DNA of 64,000 nt from Eledone cirrhosa (GCA_964016885.1 OZ024742.1:249922001-249986000), one strand, 5' to 3'. Numbered from the stretch's first letter, positions 41,470-57,508 are shown. Notes: generated by a model from the sequence alone, not told the origin. Program-made: numbers and translations.

Positions 41470-42230
41470 AAGATTAATGACTTTTGTCTTGGTCACATTT
41501 TAATTCAGCCCCCCAATATATAACAGGCTATCGTAATAGCGGACTCTCCTATTCTCCAGGTCATTCATCTAACACTAATACGAAGAAAAAAAAGAAATAC
41601 ATAAAAAATGTAATCCCCACCTCGTTAAAAATCAAAACTAATGTCGGCAAAACGTTTGTAGCCCTCATAGATAAACATTTCCCCCCAGGACACGAATGCC
41701 ATTAGATCTTTAACCGTCATACGGTCAAAATTGAATACTCTTGAGCTATGAACATAAAATCCCGTCTCCTGCATAAACAACAGACCTCCAAATTATATGA
41801 AAGTTCCTCTAAAAAACCTGAATCATGCCCACAGGACCATCAATTCAAAACCCCAGCATAATATACGAAGCTGAGGTCTCCCCATTGAACCAACACCACC
41901 AAAACGGGTCCTGGAAATACATAGGCATTTCAGAGAGCCGGTTTAAAAACCGCTTTCTCTATCACGAAACGACCTTCAATATACAAACAAACAAATTTCA
42001 AAGCCAGGAACACTGACTTCTCCATCAGATGGAAGATACTAGAAAAATCTCAGCCATACTTAAATGGTCTCAAGACCTGTAAATTAAGTAATGATGAAAA
42101 GTGGTGGATATTGAATAATCTCCACAAAAATAACAAGCCGTTTAACACTCGTACCGAGTTTCTTTCCAGATGCTCTCATATTTCTAAGTACCTTTTGAGA
42201 AATGACCTTCTTAATATCAATCTACAACCT
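41470..42230 (+). mobile_element. Degenerate Penelope-like (Naiad-like) element: RT linker and GIY-YIG
   Basis: KTNVGKTFVALIDKHFP..H..IFNRHTVKIEYS*AMNIK, CP, IIYEAEV..YIGISESRFKNRF..H..TF, WKILEK; frameshifts and stops. Confidence 0.8.
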
Positions 42231-42562
42231 TCTTAACCGATCAATGTTTTCAAAACGGATCGATTTCTTTTCATAAATTTTAGTCGTCAATTTTAACTAT
42301 TATTTTAGCGTTTGCTCGATCCCAAACGGTTTTTAGGTCAAATTACTCCCCTTACACCAGCCGGATAATCTGCCATTGCTTCTACCCTCTTCAGACACGT
42401 TCTGGTTTGTTTTCCATCGGCACAGGTTTACAAGGTAGTCATCATACGATCAACGAAACTAACGTACTTGGTATGGCACCATTGTAGCACTGAGCTAAAT
42501 ATTTATATTCAAACTTGCTCTACAGACTTGAGTTGCTCAACACGTTAGATTTTTTCACACAC

Positions 42563-42707
<145 letters not shown>

Positions 42708-42798
42708 CATATATATGTTTCGACAGCTAAATCCGAAAAGTTCGGATCTAGCTGTCGAAACGGCCGGAGGTCACTCGTAGGAGTCTTGAAACTTTTCC

Positions 42799-42833
<35 letters not shown>

Positions 42834-44302
42834 ATGTGTGTGTGTGTGTGTGCGTGTGTGTGTATTTATATTTATGTAAGTCGGATTCCCAATGGGTATT
42901 GGGAGGTGACAATTAAAATAGATAATCAATGCGTTGGTCGAATATAGGTATTTTTATATATAAATGACTTCCACAGGACTAGAACTGTTTCAGTCGTATA
43001 ATGAAACAGTTCGAGAACTGTAGATTTCATATCTATTTAATATATATATATATTAATATATATATTAAGCGGGCTGATATTACAACCATATAAAGGCTAT
43101 GATTTTAGAATGCTCAAGATAGGAAATAAACAGTTCAGGTACTTTAAAACATGTAACATATTTATTTGTATTTCATTAACTCTGAGGAGTTATTCTTACA
43201 GGAATAAATATTCATCCTTGTTAGTCTGCCGAAACATTCGTAAATCCATTACATACTTTAATAATAATCCACATTTTATTTTTCGTTATATATACATGTA
43301 TAGGTGGTGAATTGGGAAAGTCGTTAGAACGTCGGATAGAATGCTTTGCGGTATTCGTTTCGACTATCTGCTCTCTGAGTTCAAATTCCGCCGATGTCAA
43401 CGCTACCTTTCATCCTTTTGAGGTCGATAAAAAAGTACCAGTCTAGTACTGTGGTCGATTCTTCCTCTATATCTCTTTCTTATATCCTCTCTCTCACTTT
43501 CTATCTTTCTTTGGAGAGGTATGGGCTCCACCAGACTTAAAATGCCCAAGAAACGCCGTATATTAATACTGCGCCCGTACCACTCTCTCGGGAGTTACGG
43601 GAACATACCATATATATGCGCGTGTGTGTGTGTGGGGGGTGGGGGGGGGGGGTGTTTGTGTTTATTTGTGTGTGTAGTGACCTGTGTGCTTTAGATTCCA
43701 GTGTACTTAAAAATATTCAATCATCAACTGAATAAGCACTCAATACATATGAGTAGAGTTTAAGATATATCGGAGACAAAAGTGGAACTGACTTCGACAT
43801 TTCAGAAATTGCTTGATCTTGCTGCACGAATGTCTACATCTTGGCATTTTATAAGGTTCACGTGGATGCATATATTTATATATGTAATAAGGTTTTTTCA
43901 GAAGGAAGGGGGTTCAAATGTTACTAGATCCATCATTTCTTCATAATGCCCTCACCCGATCCTCTCCTTACCATCTAAACTGGGTGTGTCTCTCTACACC
44001 ACTTTCTCCCTTTTCTTTCTCATTATTTATTTTATTTTTATTTTCTTCACATTTATACGTCTTTGTTTCATCCTTTATTCTTCTATTCCTTCTCTCTCTC
44101 CATATTTCTCTGTTATGTCAAGCTATCAATCTCGTTTTACTTCTTTCGGTCCTTCCTTCTTCGCTTCTGTCCTCCTACCTTTCTTTCCATATCGTCTTTC
44201 ATTAATATCTTCTCTCTCCTCGTCTCTTTCTTCTTTTTTTCCTAAATCCCTTTTATCCCTGTCTACCCCCCCCCCCCTCTCTCTCTCTCTAGGTATCTCT
44301 TT

Positions 44303-44358
<56 letters not shown>

Positions 44359-44940
44359 TCGGTCTTTCTTCTCTATATTATACATTATGGTATACTGGTG
44401 GTGATGGTGATGGTGGTGATGTTGGTGGTGCTGGTGGTGATGGTGGTGGTGATGATGGTGATGGTGGTGGTGATGATGGTGATGGTGGTGGTGATGATGG
44501 TTATGGTGGTGGTGGTGATTGCGGTGGTGTTAGTGTTATCGATGGTGGTGGTGCTATTGGAAGTATTGGCAGCGTGGCGTGGCGTGGTGATGGCTGAAGG
44601 AGTTGGTGTAGAGGATGTTAATGGTATTGTTGTTGATACTGGGAGTATTGTTGTTGATAGCAGAGTTAATATGGTAGTGTGGACATTGTCTACGGTTCAC
44701 ACAGACTCCGTTTATAAAGTGTCATTGAAAAGGCTTAGATCACCACGAAGCTGTGGCAAACACATGAGTTCGATTTCGTCACGCAGAAGGACCGAACCCG
44801 GGACCACAAGATTATGAAACTCTTAACCGGTCAGACACATCAACATCCACGATGCTAACCATAGTTAGGTCACGTCATTAATAGTTTTCAGCAGACCAAT
44901 ATCCTCATCTGAAATATTTACCACCCCCTCTAGCTCTCTC

Positions 44941-45038
<98 letters not shown>

Positions 45039-45046
45039 TACATACA

Positions 45047-45079
<33 letters not shown>

Positions 45080-45271
45080 GTATATATATATTAAAATAAC
45101 AGATTAAAGTTTAAGGAAAGAATCGCTGCTTTCACCCTTAACGGGATCTTTGCTTAAACTTTAATCTGTTATTTTAATAAATATTTGCTCTACGGTTCTT
45201 ATATATTTGATATATATTTATCCTTATCGAGCCCTCTTTAGATTTTAGTCTTCAAATTTATTATTATTACT

Positions 45272-45321
<50 letters not shown>

Positions 45322-46018
45322 ATGTGTGTGTGTGTGTGAGTGTGTGTGTGTGTGTGTATGTACGTATGTGCGAGTGTGTGTGTAATGATAATGATAAATT
45401 GGGTGAAATGGTTAGTTTCCAAGATGAATAATGACACTAAGTTCTACAGACAAAGTCTCAAAATTTATCTGTTTGGCATTGGTTCCTTCCGCAGACATTA
45501 TTCTTCATTATACATAAAATAATCCATCAAACTACACCGGGTATATAAGTAATGTATGCACACCTCATATAGGTGTATCAACTATCACATACAACCTGGC
45601 CAGTGTAAGATAACATAATTATATAATAAATGTTTATAGATATATATATGTGTGTGTGCGTGTGTGCGTGTATGGATGTGTGTGTGTGTATGTGTGTGTA
45701 TGTGTGTGTGTGTTTGTGTGTGTGTGCGTAATTTTGTGGTAAGAATTGAACGTATGATACTTAGATTTGCTGTTCATTATGAATATTCCCGCCGAGGTTA
45801 ACTTTGCCTTTCATCCTTACGGGGTCGATAAAATAAAGTACCAGTAATGCACTGGAATAATTGCTGGCCTGGTGCCAAAAGTGGAAACAATTATGAATAT
45901 TAAGCACGTAGATCAGTGGACCGTCAAAGAAAACTGTCAAAATATCAGCTGATATATACAACATTCGCTGCGTTCTATCTATCTATCTATCTATGTACCT
46001 ATCTATCTATCTATCTAC

Positions 46019-46415
46019 CTAACTCCGGACAACAATTGATTCCCTTCTTTAAGTATCACTTTAGAAGGAGAATCAGGGTGGAGAGAGAGGCACTGCACCC
46101 CAGTAAATTTACTGAAAGGTGGGTGAATGAAGCGAAAATGGCCCGAGTGATTGGGCCTTCTCTGTTTATAAGCCTGTAGGTTGAGGAAGAGAGCAAAAGG
46201 AAGAAAGGAGCACTTGCACAATACGCTCCTGGAGTTGAGGGTTGTTCTATCGACGGGGTATTAAACAACCCATTTGCGGCGCCTCCCCCCTATTGGGGAT
46301 TTCGATTGTTGAAATTGTTTGTTTTTATATTTTTTTACACGACCGTATGTAAAATCCCCGGCATGTCTTTGTATTGTCCCCTTTTCTTGTTGCGCCCTTG
46401 TGGCTAATAAAGAAA
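46019..46415 (+). mobile_element. 3' end of a second Tx1-like element in (TCTA)n
   Basis: SGQQLIPFFKYHFRRRIRVERE matches SGQQLVRFFRYHF of the 18.5-kb ORF; 3' end gcccttgtggctaataaagaaa; TCTA repeats on both sides. Confidence 0.8.
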
Positions 46416-46442
46416 TCTATCTATCTACCTATCTATCTATCT

Positions 46443-46561
<119 letters not shown>

Positions 46562-46662
46562 ACTCTCTCTCGTCAACATGAAAGGACCTGTTATTTTTAT
46601 CTAAATACATTTTTTCCAATTCCAGCCCGCCCGTCCCCTCAATCTATCTTATTTACATTCTT

Positions 46663-46698
46663 TCTTCTGATGAAGGACTAGCGTACGAAACGTTAAGA
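46663..46698 (+). ncRNA. Minimal type I hammerhead ribozyme
   Basis: tctt-CTGATGA-aggactagcgtac-GAAAC-GTT-aaga; palindromic aacgtt; decayed relative at 14101-14138. Confidence 0.7.
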
Positions 46699-47031
46699 CC
46701 CTCTTCCTGCTATATCAAGCGTTAACCTAATATATCCCTTCCAAATACTGTACCGATTGTGTTGTTATTTCTGTTTACCTTTTACATACATATATATATA
46801 TATTTGAAAATATGTGGCTCCCAAACGCAGAAGATAAAGGCAAAACTAGTGCTTAGAAACTTTCCTGTAAAAGTCCAGCAGCCGTTACGCAAAGTAGTGG
46901 TCCCTACACACCGAACATAATAATTGAAAATCTCTGACTATATTCAATATATATGTATCCCCTTATTTTTCCACCCTTTTCCGCGTTCCTTCCTCTCATC
47001 ACTGTATCATTTCTATTTACCTATTGTTTCT

Positions 47032-47474
<443 letters not shown>

Positions 47475-47614
47475 ACGAAGGAGATGTGGTAAGGAACCAG
47501 ATGGACCATAACGCACCAGAGTACTCAATACTTAGGGTAGTAGAGTGCTGTTACATATATATATATATATGTGTGTGTTTGTATGTATGTATATATGTTT
47601 CCTTTATTGGAAAT

Positions 47615-47685
<71 letters not shown>

Positions 47686-47928
47686 CACACACACACATAT
47701 ATATATTTAAATTAGTACACATTAAAGGTTAAGCAAAGAATTTGCTTAAACGTTAATCTGTACTAATAATTGTTTCTACTTTTGGCACAAGGCCAGCACA
47801 TACCCAGTGCATTACTGGTACTTTATTTTATCGACCTCGTAAGGATGAAAGACAAAGTTAACCTCGCTGTACTAATAATAAATATTTTCTCTATGGGTTT
47901 GTATATACTTTATTATATATATACACAC

Positions 47929-47983
<55 letters not shown>

Positions 47984-48355
47984 CATATTATATATATAGC
48001 AGTAAATAAAGGATTATGAGTTCATGCAATTGACTTATGTTTCGTCACTATATATATATATATATATATAGGAACGAGTAGGACCCCGACGGCTGAGCTC
48101 AAGCCGTTTCGACGGCTAATTCTGGACGTCGAAACGGCTTGAGCACAGCCGTCGGGGTCCTACTCGTTCCTATTACCCACTCTACTACCCTAAGTATTGA
48201 GTACTTTGGTGCGTTATGGTCCACTTGGTTCCTTACCACATTTCGTTCGTTATATATATATATATATATATACAAATATATAAATGTACATGTATACACA
48301 CACATACACACATGCACTCACACAAACACACACACATGTACACACACGCACACAT

Positions 48356-48477
<122 letters not shown>

Positions 48478-48695
48478 ATATATACGTTTTACCCTTGACT
48501 GTAGTGGAACCTTACATTAAGTCTTCTTATCTATGTTTACATTAGAGATGTATTTTCTCATTTCTTTAGAATGATGTTATATGTCAGTTTACAGAACTGT
48601 AAGACAAATAGAAACATAGATTGATGTGCAAAGATTATTGGGGTGTAATATCATAGCGCCCTAGGGTTAGATACCATCGCCTTTAAATACATGTG

Positions 48696-48772
<77 letters not shown>

Positions 48773-48816
48773 TGTATATATATATACACGCATATATATA
48801 TATATGTGTGTATATA

Positions 48817-48869
<53 letters not shown>

Positions 48870-49002
48870 CGAAGGAAGTGTTTTAAGGAACCAGATGGAC
48901 CATAACGCACCAGAATACTCAATACCTAGGGTAGTAGAGTGGGTATTTGGAAAATGTTAAACCCCGACGGCAGAGCTCAAGCCGTCTCAACGGCTATTTC
49001 TG

Positions 49003-49593
49003 ATAACATGCATCCCAGTACAGCCTGTCTCATGGTCGGGTCGTTGGCGACTAAACTGGCAAACCCACCAAGGTTTCTTGGTGAGGAGGATGACTTAGGA
49101 CATCCTGCAGGACTAAAAACAAAACCTGTCAAAGCTCAAAAGGGCAAAGGAGCTCTTAAGAGCCAATGGCCATCCAAAATCACCGGGAGAGACGACCCCT
49201 TAGCCTTTGTCAAGGCAGAATTCTAGGAGAAGGAAAACTCTGATATAACCCCTGCAACCCTGATGGTATCCAACGATGTTGACTTGTTCTTGTTTTTGGT
49301 AAATATCATCTTGGTTAAGAGAATGGGACTGGCTTTGTGCAGTGCCTTTGCTCACTATAAAAGCTTCAAGCCACAGGCATTGCTTTATATCTGGAGATCT
49401 CTCTGCACTTGTCGTCACATGGTACCATGGGCCCAGGACTATGTGCCAATAATTGTCACAAGTGTAGTGTTTGTACCAGAGTTTTCAAGTCGCTGGCTGG
49501 ACTAAAAAGTCACACTCGTTCAGAGCATCGGTATGGGTTCTCTTGCATGGATATAAAGTAGTGGCCGTACTCGAAAACGAGTTGGCAGCCACC

Positions 49594-49594
<1 letters not shown>
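49003..49594 (+). mobile_element. RTE-derived bipartite element
   Basis: Close copy of 15021-15604. Confidence 0.75.
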
Positions 49595-49642
<48 letters not shown>

Positions 49643-49649
49643 CATATAC

Positions 49650-49702
<53 letters not shown>

Positions 49703-49709
49703 CATATAC

Positions 49710-49778
<69 letters not shown>

Positions 49779-49781
49779 CAT

Positions 49782-49822
<41 letters not shown>

Positions 49823-50370
49823 GGAGGTGAGTTTTATTGTAGTACAATAAAGCAATGCAGATATCGGATAAGAAGCATTCTACAGTTTGTAGGACTCTCA
49901 ACCTCTCTATGTAAAACAATATATCTTTTCTCAGTTATAAAAACTATCTCTTTCTCTCTATCACCCATCTCTCCCTCTCCACCTTCACTCTCATCTCCTC
50001 CCCCTTTTTTCATCCTTTCCTCCCCCCCCCTCCCTAAATTTAAAAAAAAAAATATATATATTTTTTCCTCGTACATATCTTCCCTTCGTTAATTTTCAAA
50101 TTCTTTTAATTTATACATTATCTTCCAACGCTTTTCAACCTCTCTATGTAAAACAATATATCTTCTCTCAGTTATAAAAACTATCTCTTTCTCTCTATCA
50201 CCCATCTTTCCCTCTCATCTCCTCCCCTTTTTCATCCTTTCCACCCCACCCCCTCTCTAAATAAAATATTTTTCCCAATATCACACATCAATCTAAAACC
50301 ACTTTTCATATGTTGATTTAAAACTGCACTATCCACAAGTGTTTTTTAGCCTTCATATCATGTTCTCCTG

Positions 50371-50437
50371 TTTTATCTGATGAAAACACAAATATTATTG
50401 CATGATGATGTTTGTTTTTGAAATGCGCATAATAAAA
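50371..50437 (+). ncRNA. Type I hammerhead ribozyme
   Basis: ttttat-CTGATGA-aaacacaaatattatt..gatgatgtttgttttt-GAAA-tgcgca-TA-ataaaa; palindromic atgcgcat; follows a duplication (49896-50045/50136-50270). Confidence 0.75.
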
Positions 50438-50469
50438 TACATGGAACTCCTTTAACCATCTTTTGATCT

Positions 50470-50564
<95 letters not shown>

Positions 50565-50958
50565 TATATGTATATACATATACATATATATATATGTGTG
50601 TGTGTGTTTGTGTGTGCGTATTTACTACCCTTTTCTTGTTCATTCATTGTAGACAGTTATCATGGGTTCTATTTCTAGCCTTATTACGGACCTGTTATAT
50701 CGTTATATTGTCGGGAAATACAAATATTATTTTTTTGTGGGGGGACGCACCAAACTGTTTCGATTAGACAAGGCGCGTATAAGATCTATTATATATTATA
50801 TACCAATTTCTAAGAATCCTTCTGATGAAAGAATGTTCTTCCAATAGTGGTCGTATTAATTTATTAAGATGATTGATATAGTTTCTTAATACCAGACACT
50901 GCAGTTAGTGACAAGTTGCGAGCGAAACTCTCTTATTACAGCTTCTACCCAAAGAAGA

Positions 50959-51046
<88 letters not shown>

Positions 51047-51169
51047 GGTATCCACAGTAAGTTGTGGGGTCTATTCTGCATGAAGAACTCGATGTAATCC
51101 ATATGTTGAAAATGTTGTAGGTTAAGATAAATCTCGGAAAACAATAAAACATTAAAAGAAAAACAGTCA

Positions 51170-51525
51170 TGATATAAGTTAAAATAATGAAATAAAATAT
51201 CAAGTCATTAGAGATATACTTCACTGCTTTACGATCGTTTCTAGATGATGATAATACATTGTAGCCATACACCGTTATTGATCTATGTAAGGTTAGTTAC
51301 AAAATATCAGATAAAGAGAATATTTACTTACATGCATATCACCAGCTTTTGAAAACAGCTGGTGATATGCATGTAAGTAAATATTCTCTTTATCTGATAT
51401 TTTGTAACTAACCTTACATAGATCAATAACGGAGTATAGCTACAATGTATTATCATCATCTAGAAACGATCGTAAAGCAGTGAAGTATATCTCTAATTAA
51501 TTGATTTTTTATTTCATTGTTTTAA

Positions 51526-51532
<7 letters not shown>
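51170..51532. mobile_element. Palindromic element (~175-bp arms) with a U3:A8 HHR-like motif at 51345-51478
   Basis: gctt-TTGAAAA-cagctggtgat...atcatcatcta-GAAAC-gatc-GTA-aagc. Confidence 0.7.
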
Positions 51533-51564
<32 letters not shown>

Positions 51565-51940
51565 ATAATAATAAATTTGAAGACTAAAATCCAAAGAGGG
51601 CTCGATAAGGATAAATATATATCAAATATATAAGAACCGTAGAGCAAATATTTATTAAAATAACAGATTAAAGTTTAAGCAAAGAATCGCTGCTTTCACC
51701 CTTAACTGGATCTTCTGAAACTAACAAAGTCAATCTGTAAACGCAGAACTGGATATTTCAAAAAACATTGCAACCGGAGAAAGACAGGAAGACGATACTT
51801 TGGTTCGTGGAAACGTTCGCTGGCAAAGAACGGGAAAAAACGAATATAATACGTCATTAATAGGAGCGGTGAAATACAAATACGCGCAAAGACAGAACCA
51901 CGTTTATGGTATAAAAGAGGTCGTAGACTAATATTCTCTT

Positions 51941-51978
<38 letters not shown>

Positions 51979-52118
51979 TTTGAGTATATGCTGGTTGTTT
52001 ACCGATTCCAGTTCCTCAGAGGAATAACAACACAAACAGGAGCTGGACATATCGATGTATTGACTGAGTAAAACACACTTCAACAACATGTGTACCTATC
52101 TTTTCCACACCAATTCGG

Positions 52119-52175
52119 ACTGCCTGAAGATGTCACAGCCAATGATGGCTGTCACCGAAATATATATATAGCAGT
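52119..52175 (+). ncRNA. Type I hammerhead ribozyme (family of 39207)
   Basis: actgc-CTGAAGA-tgtcacagccaatgatggctgtcacc-GAAA-tatatata-TA-gcagt. Confidence 0.75.
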
Positions 52176-52894
52176 ATATCTATAATTTTCCATTTCGCAT
52201 TCACAAGGTCATCAGCCAAGAGGGTTGAAACTCGAGGCTGACAACCTAGCAATAATATATGAATATTTAAACCCTACTGCGGTATTGATTACATATTCTC
52301 ACGTCCGAAAATACCACACAGATACTTCCAATTTTTATAGATATATGTGTGTGTCTGTGTGTGTGTGTTTGTCTGCGTGTGTATGTGTGTGTGTGTGTGT
52401 ACACATATATATAGAGAGAGGCAGAGATAGAGAGTGACAGAGAGCGCGATAGATAGGTGATGAGTGACTTTTATTCAGTATCTAATAGACAGCATATTTG
52501 TCGTAAAAAGCCTTGTTGTAAACCTGAAGGAATTTCAGTCACTCTTCCTCCCCACTAATTTAGATGTGAAGGATTTTCAATTGCCCGCACACTATGATAT
52601 TTTAATTTCTTCAGCATTCTTTCATAATTCGAGACGATTATCTGATTATTGTAATATCTAGTGCTTTGTTGTGGCAGATAAATTGGGATTAATTCAAAAT
52701 AGATTTTAAAACCCTTTCAAAATGTTTATTATCCCAATCTCTAATATATTGTTTTGTCGGAGATTAATGATGGATTAGAATAAATTAGAATGAATTATCA
52801 AATAGTTGTGTTGACTTGTAAATTGATATTGGAAGGAACACGCTAGTGACATCAGATGAAGCTTTGTATTTGAAATACTGACACCAGCTATAAT

Positions 52895-53725
52895 GATTTC
52901 TAGTATAGGCACAAGGCCAGTAATTTGGGGAGAGGGGAAAGGAAAGTCGATTACATCGACCACAGTACAATACTGGTACTTTCATTTACTGACCGGTAAG
53001 GATGAAAAGTAAAGCTAACCTCGGCAGGATTTGAACTCAGAACGCACAGGGCCGTAACTATATGTCGCAAAACATGTTGTCCGACGCTCTACCGAGACTG
53101 CCAATTCATCGCCTTTCTAATAATAATAATTATGATTTAGGCACAAGGCCGACACATTTTGGGGAAGGAGTAAGTCAATTAAATCGACTCTAATGCATTA
53201 CTGTTGCTTTATTTTTACCGGTCCGGGAGGATGAAAAGGAAAGTAACCTTGACGGAATTTGAACTCATTTATATGAACAAAATAATGGTTTCTGGTTTAA
53301 GCACAAGGCCAATACTTTTGGGGGAGGGGAAAGTCGATTAAACAGACCCCAGCGCATTATTGTTGCTTTCTTTTATCGACCCCGTAAAGATGAAAGGCAA
53401 TGCTAATCTCGGCGGGATTTGAACTCAGAACTCTATGTTACAAAGCATTTGGTCTCACGCTCTACCGATACTGTCAATCAACCACCCTCATCCCCCGCAA
53501 AATAATGGTTTCTGATTTAGGCACAAGACAAATGATTTTGAGGGAAAGGGAAAGTCCATTGAATCGACACCAGTGCACTACCGGTACTTTATTTTATCGA
53601 CCCCGTAAGAGTGAAAAGCAAAACCTCGTGGGGATTTGAACTCAGAACCTAAAAGACCGTAACTCTATGCCGTTAAGCATGTTGTCCGTCTGAGACTCTA
53701 CCGCTTCTGCCAAACAACCACCCTC
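52895..53725 (-). mobile_element. Cluster of 4 tandem SINE copies
   Basis: Repeated ggcacaaggcc...gatgaaag...gatttgaactcag units. Confidence 0.8.
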
Positions 53726-54583
53726 GTCCACCGCAAAATAATGAACATGCCACAAACAAAATGAGGCTGTTCACCAACTCATTACCTGCTGAATACATAC
53801 AGAAGTCTGAATATATACACAAAGAAACAGAAGAAATACAACGAAACATTCCATTTGACTCTCCAATATCTTCACAATATATTCTGGTACTTTATTTATC
53901 GACCTCCAATGTATAAAAAGTGGCATTTCCACTCAGAGGGCAAAATTGTGTAACAAATACTAGAATATATTTCTTTCCGTCGACGTCCTAACGATGCAGT
54001 AAATTCACCGTCTTACACCCCCCCCCCTACAATTAACCCCCTACAAGTACCTTCCCATTCCTAAACCGTTTAAATTCACATTCCAATAAAGGGAACATGA
54101 TCATTCACAATGTAAACTAAACGACTTAATAGTGAATAAAACGTGAAATATGTAGAGGAATTGTCATTAAAATGTATTTATTAAATATTTCCTCCTCAGC
54201 ACAGCTTTATCTCCCTTCTTCACCCCCTGTCGTTTTAACAGTTATGAGATAAAAGAGGGAAAGTGGGAGGGAGGCGAAAGAGAATATTTCCTCTTTAAAC
54301 AATATAATCTTCCACCTCCCTCTCACCCTTTCTCTCTATCAGTTATGTGACTTATAACACTAATACAGGATTAAACGGGATTTTTACAATAACCGTTAAT
54401 CTGACAGAAAAGTCACTGTCACGATTTTGAAATATTTTCTAACAAAGTTGGTATTTGTTATTATTATTGAAAATATATTTTAATACCAAGAATATTTGGC
54501 GGAGGGGAGGTTGAGTGTTTCATTAGAAATGTTTGTTTCTCAGTTTTGATGCGAATGTGGGTATTTTGTTAGTTATGGTGCTT

Positions 54584-54664
<81 letters not shown>

Positions 54665-54745
54665 CTTTTACCTGCGTGTTTGTGTGTTCGTGTGTATTAT
54701 TACACAAACACACACACACACACACATATATATATTTATATATAA

Positions 54746-54802
<57 letters not shown>

Positions 54803-54804
<2 letters not shown>

Positions 54805-54960
54805 AGGCGTGTGGCTGAGTGGTTAGAGAATTGGATTCACAATCTTGAGGTTGTGAGTTCGATTCCTGGACCGGGCGATGCGTTATGAGCAAGACACTTT
54901 ATTTCACGTTGCTCTTTCTACCTGGAGTTGCGACCGATAGATAGCACTAGCAACTGGAAA
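54803..54960 (+). mobile_element. Second tRNA-derived SINE family; decayed relatives near 703, 7310, 44720 and 63255
   Basis: ggcgtgtggctgagtggttagag..gtgagttcgattcc..gagcaagacactttatttcac. Confidence 0.7.
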
Positions 54961-55709
54961 GACATGCGGAAACATTGTTTCCTCGGTCCGATTTGACGAA
55001 AGTCGATCGTTCCTTTTATATATATATATAAACAGAGAGGGTATGGTAAGATACCGGGTGAACCATAACGCACCAAAGTACTCAATACTTAGAGTAGTAG
55101 AGTGGGTAATAGGAAAAGAGTCAGGACCCCGACGGCTAAAACAGCCGTAGCTCAGCCGACGGTGTTCTGACTCTTTTCCTAAATATATATATATATATAT
55201 ATACAGAGAGAGAGATGTACGTTTGGTATATACACATGAAATTATGTGTTTGTTGTGTGCAAAAGCACCTGGCGTTATGGTTAGTATGTTTCGCTCACGA
55301 TTGTAAAGTCGTGCGTTCCATTCACAGCTACATGTTGTGTCCTTCACCACTTTATTTGGTGTTGGTCTAGTCATCTGGAAAATAAATGGCTGTACTTGTG
55401 ATTCAAATAGTGTGTGTGTGCTGAGTCTTACATTAGGTTTGGACGTGTCTATGGGATTCTCGGTCATTTGCACGATAACTATCTGAACAGGCGCTTCCAT
55501 TGATCAAATAATTGGAACGTTCTTTGCTGATATTCTCGTGAATAAATCTTTAACGTCATCTATAAGTTATCAGCTTTAAACTTTACAAATTTATACATAC
55601 GCGGGCGCATACATGCATGCAGACAGATCCATATCTATATATCTATCTATCTATATCTATATATAAGACAGAGGGGGATAAAGAAGTGGGGGAGACGTCT
55701 ATATATTTA

Positions 55710-56115
55710 ATTGTTTCTACTTTAGGCAGAAAGCCAGCAATTTGAAGGGGAGGGGAAGTCGATTAAATCGACCCAAGTACTTACTGGTGCTTTATTTATC
55801 GTCTCCGAAGGGAGGAAAGCCAAAGCTAACATTAGCGGGATTTGAACTCAAAATGTAATGGACCGTAACGCTATGCCACAAAGCATGTTGCCAGGCGCTC
55901 TACCGATACTCCCAATCCACCGATGTTCATAGATATATATAATTATTTCTACTTTTGGTACAAGGCCAGAAATTATCCCAGTGTGTAATTGGTGCTTTAT
56001 TTTATCGACCCCCTAAGGATGAGAGGTAAAAGTAACCTCGGTGGGATTTCAACTCAAAATGTAAAGGTCCGTAACTCTATGTCTCAAAACATGTTGTCAG
56101 ACGCTCTACTGATAC
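55710..56115 (-). mobile_element. Two tandem SINE copies
   Basis: Dominant family motifs, reverse strand. Confidence 0.75.
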
Positions 56116-56294
56116 TAGAGGTATATTGCCTATCATCTATAAGTGTGTGTGGCTGTTGGCCCTCCATTAGTTCCGACTATGTGTGTTGCAATTGATTCGA
56201 TCAAAGATAGAGGCTGAAATGAATGTGCAAGTGAATGAGGATTCCATAGGCGCGTGTACCCTTAATATAATTCTAGAGGAAATTCAGCGTGCTA

Positions 56295-56613
56295 CTTTAA
56301 AGTTAAGCAAAGAATTGCTGCTTTCACCCTTAACGGGATCTTCTGAAACTAAAAAAAATGAATCTGTGAACGCAGAAGTAAATATTTCGAAAAACGTTGC
56401 AACCTAAGGAAACCAGGAAGACGATACTTTGGTTCGTGAAGACGTTCCCTGGCATAAGAATATATATATATACACACTATATATACATATATACACACAC
56501 ACATTGATCGTGTCATAATGACGTAATGCAGACAGTCAGACATACAGACAGATATTATAAGGGCGTGACGTTATATCTATGTATCTATCTAAAAAGAAAG
56601 ACTAAGAGAGAGG

Positions 56614-56646
<33 letters not shown>

Positions 56647-56824
56647 TGAGAGAGAGAGAGATCGCTAAATCGCCAAATGCGGTGCCTAAGGCATTGAACA
56701 TTTTAAATATCCTTTTCTCAAAACACTCACAGGACCATAAGTATTACATGTGTAAAGTTTGAAAACAATCGGTTGGGTGGTTCTCGAGTTTTAGGGAGCT
56801 GACAGACAGACAGACATTCTCTGT

Positions 56825-56830
<6 letters not shown>
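56295..56830 (-). mobile_element. Helitron-like element, 5' portion
   Basis: Reverse complement of 11370-11900. Confidence 0.7.
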
Positions 56831-56888
<58 letters not shown>

Positions 56889-57267
56889 GGCGGTGCCCCA
56901 GCATGGCCTCACCCGGATTGCTGGAACAATTAAAATGGTAAAAGAGTATAAATATATATATATATATATGCGTCTGTGTGTGTATGTGTATATATGTGTG
57001 TGTATAGGTGCGTATAGGTGTATAGTGTGAGGGAGAGAGGGAGGAGGGAGAGAGAGGGGGGAGAGAGAGAGAGAGAGAGCACCTGTAAATAAGGAAAAGA
57101 AATGGGGCAAATGGTGTATGGGAGAAACGTAGATTGATAAAGAATTAAATAATACTGAATGAAAGTAGGAACGAAAGAGTGAATGAAGAGGGTCTATATG
57201 TAATCGTGGCTTGGGGCCATGTATTTCTAAATACTTGACTTCACCACTCTATATATATATATATATA

Positions 57268-57405
<138 letters not shown>

Positions 57406-57418
57406 ATATATATACATA

Positions 57419-57450
<32 letters not shown>

Positions 57451-57465
57451 ATATATATATACATA

Positions 57466-57508
<43 letters not shown>

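Noticed and set aside
41819-41821. Second TGA as a possible selenocysteine codon
   Set aside because: Not in the reading frame, which reads KKPESCP
46826-46875. CAGAAGA..GAAAC..GTA motif
   Set aside because: No stem I pairing and a non-canonical core; at best a decayed HHR
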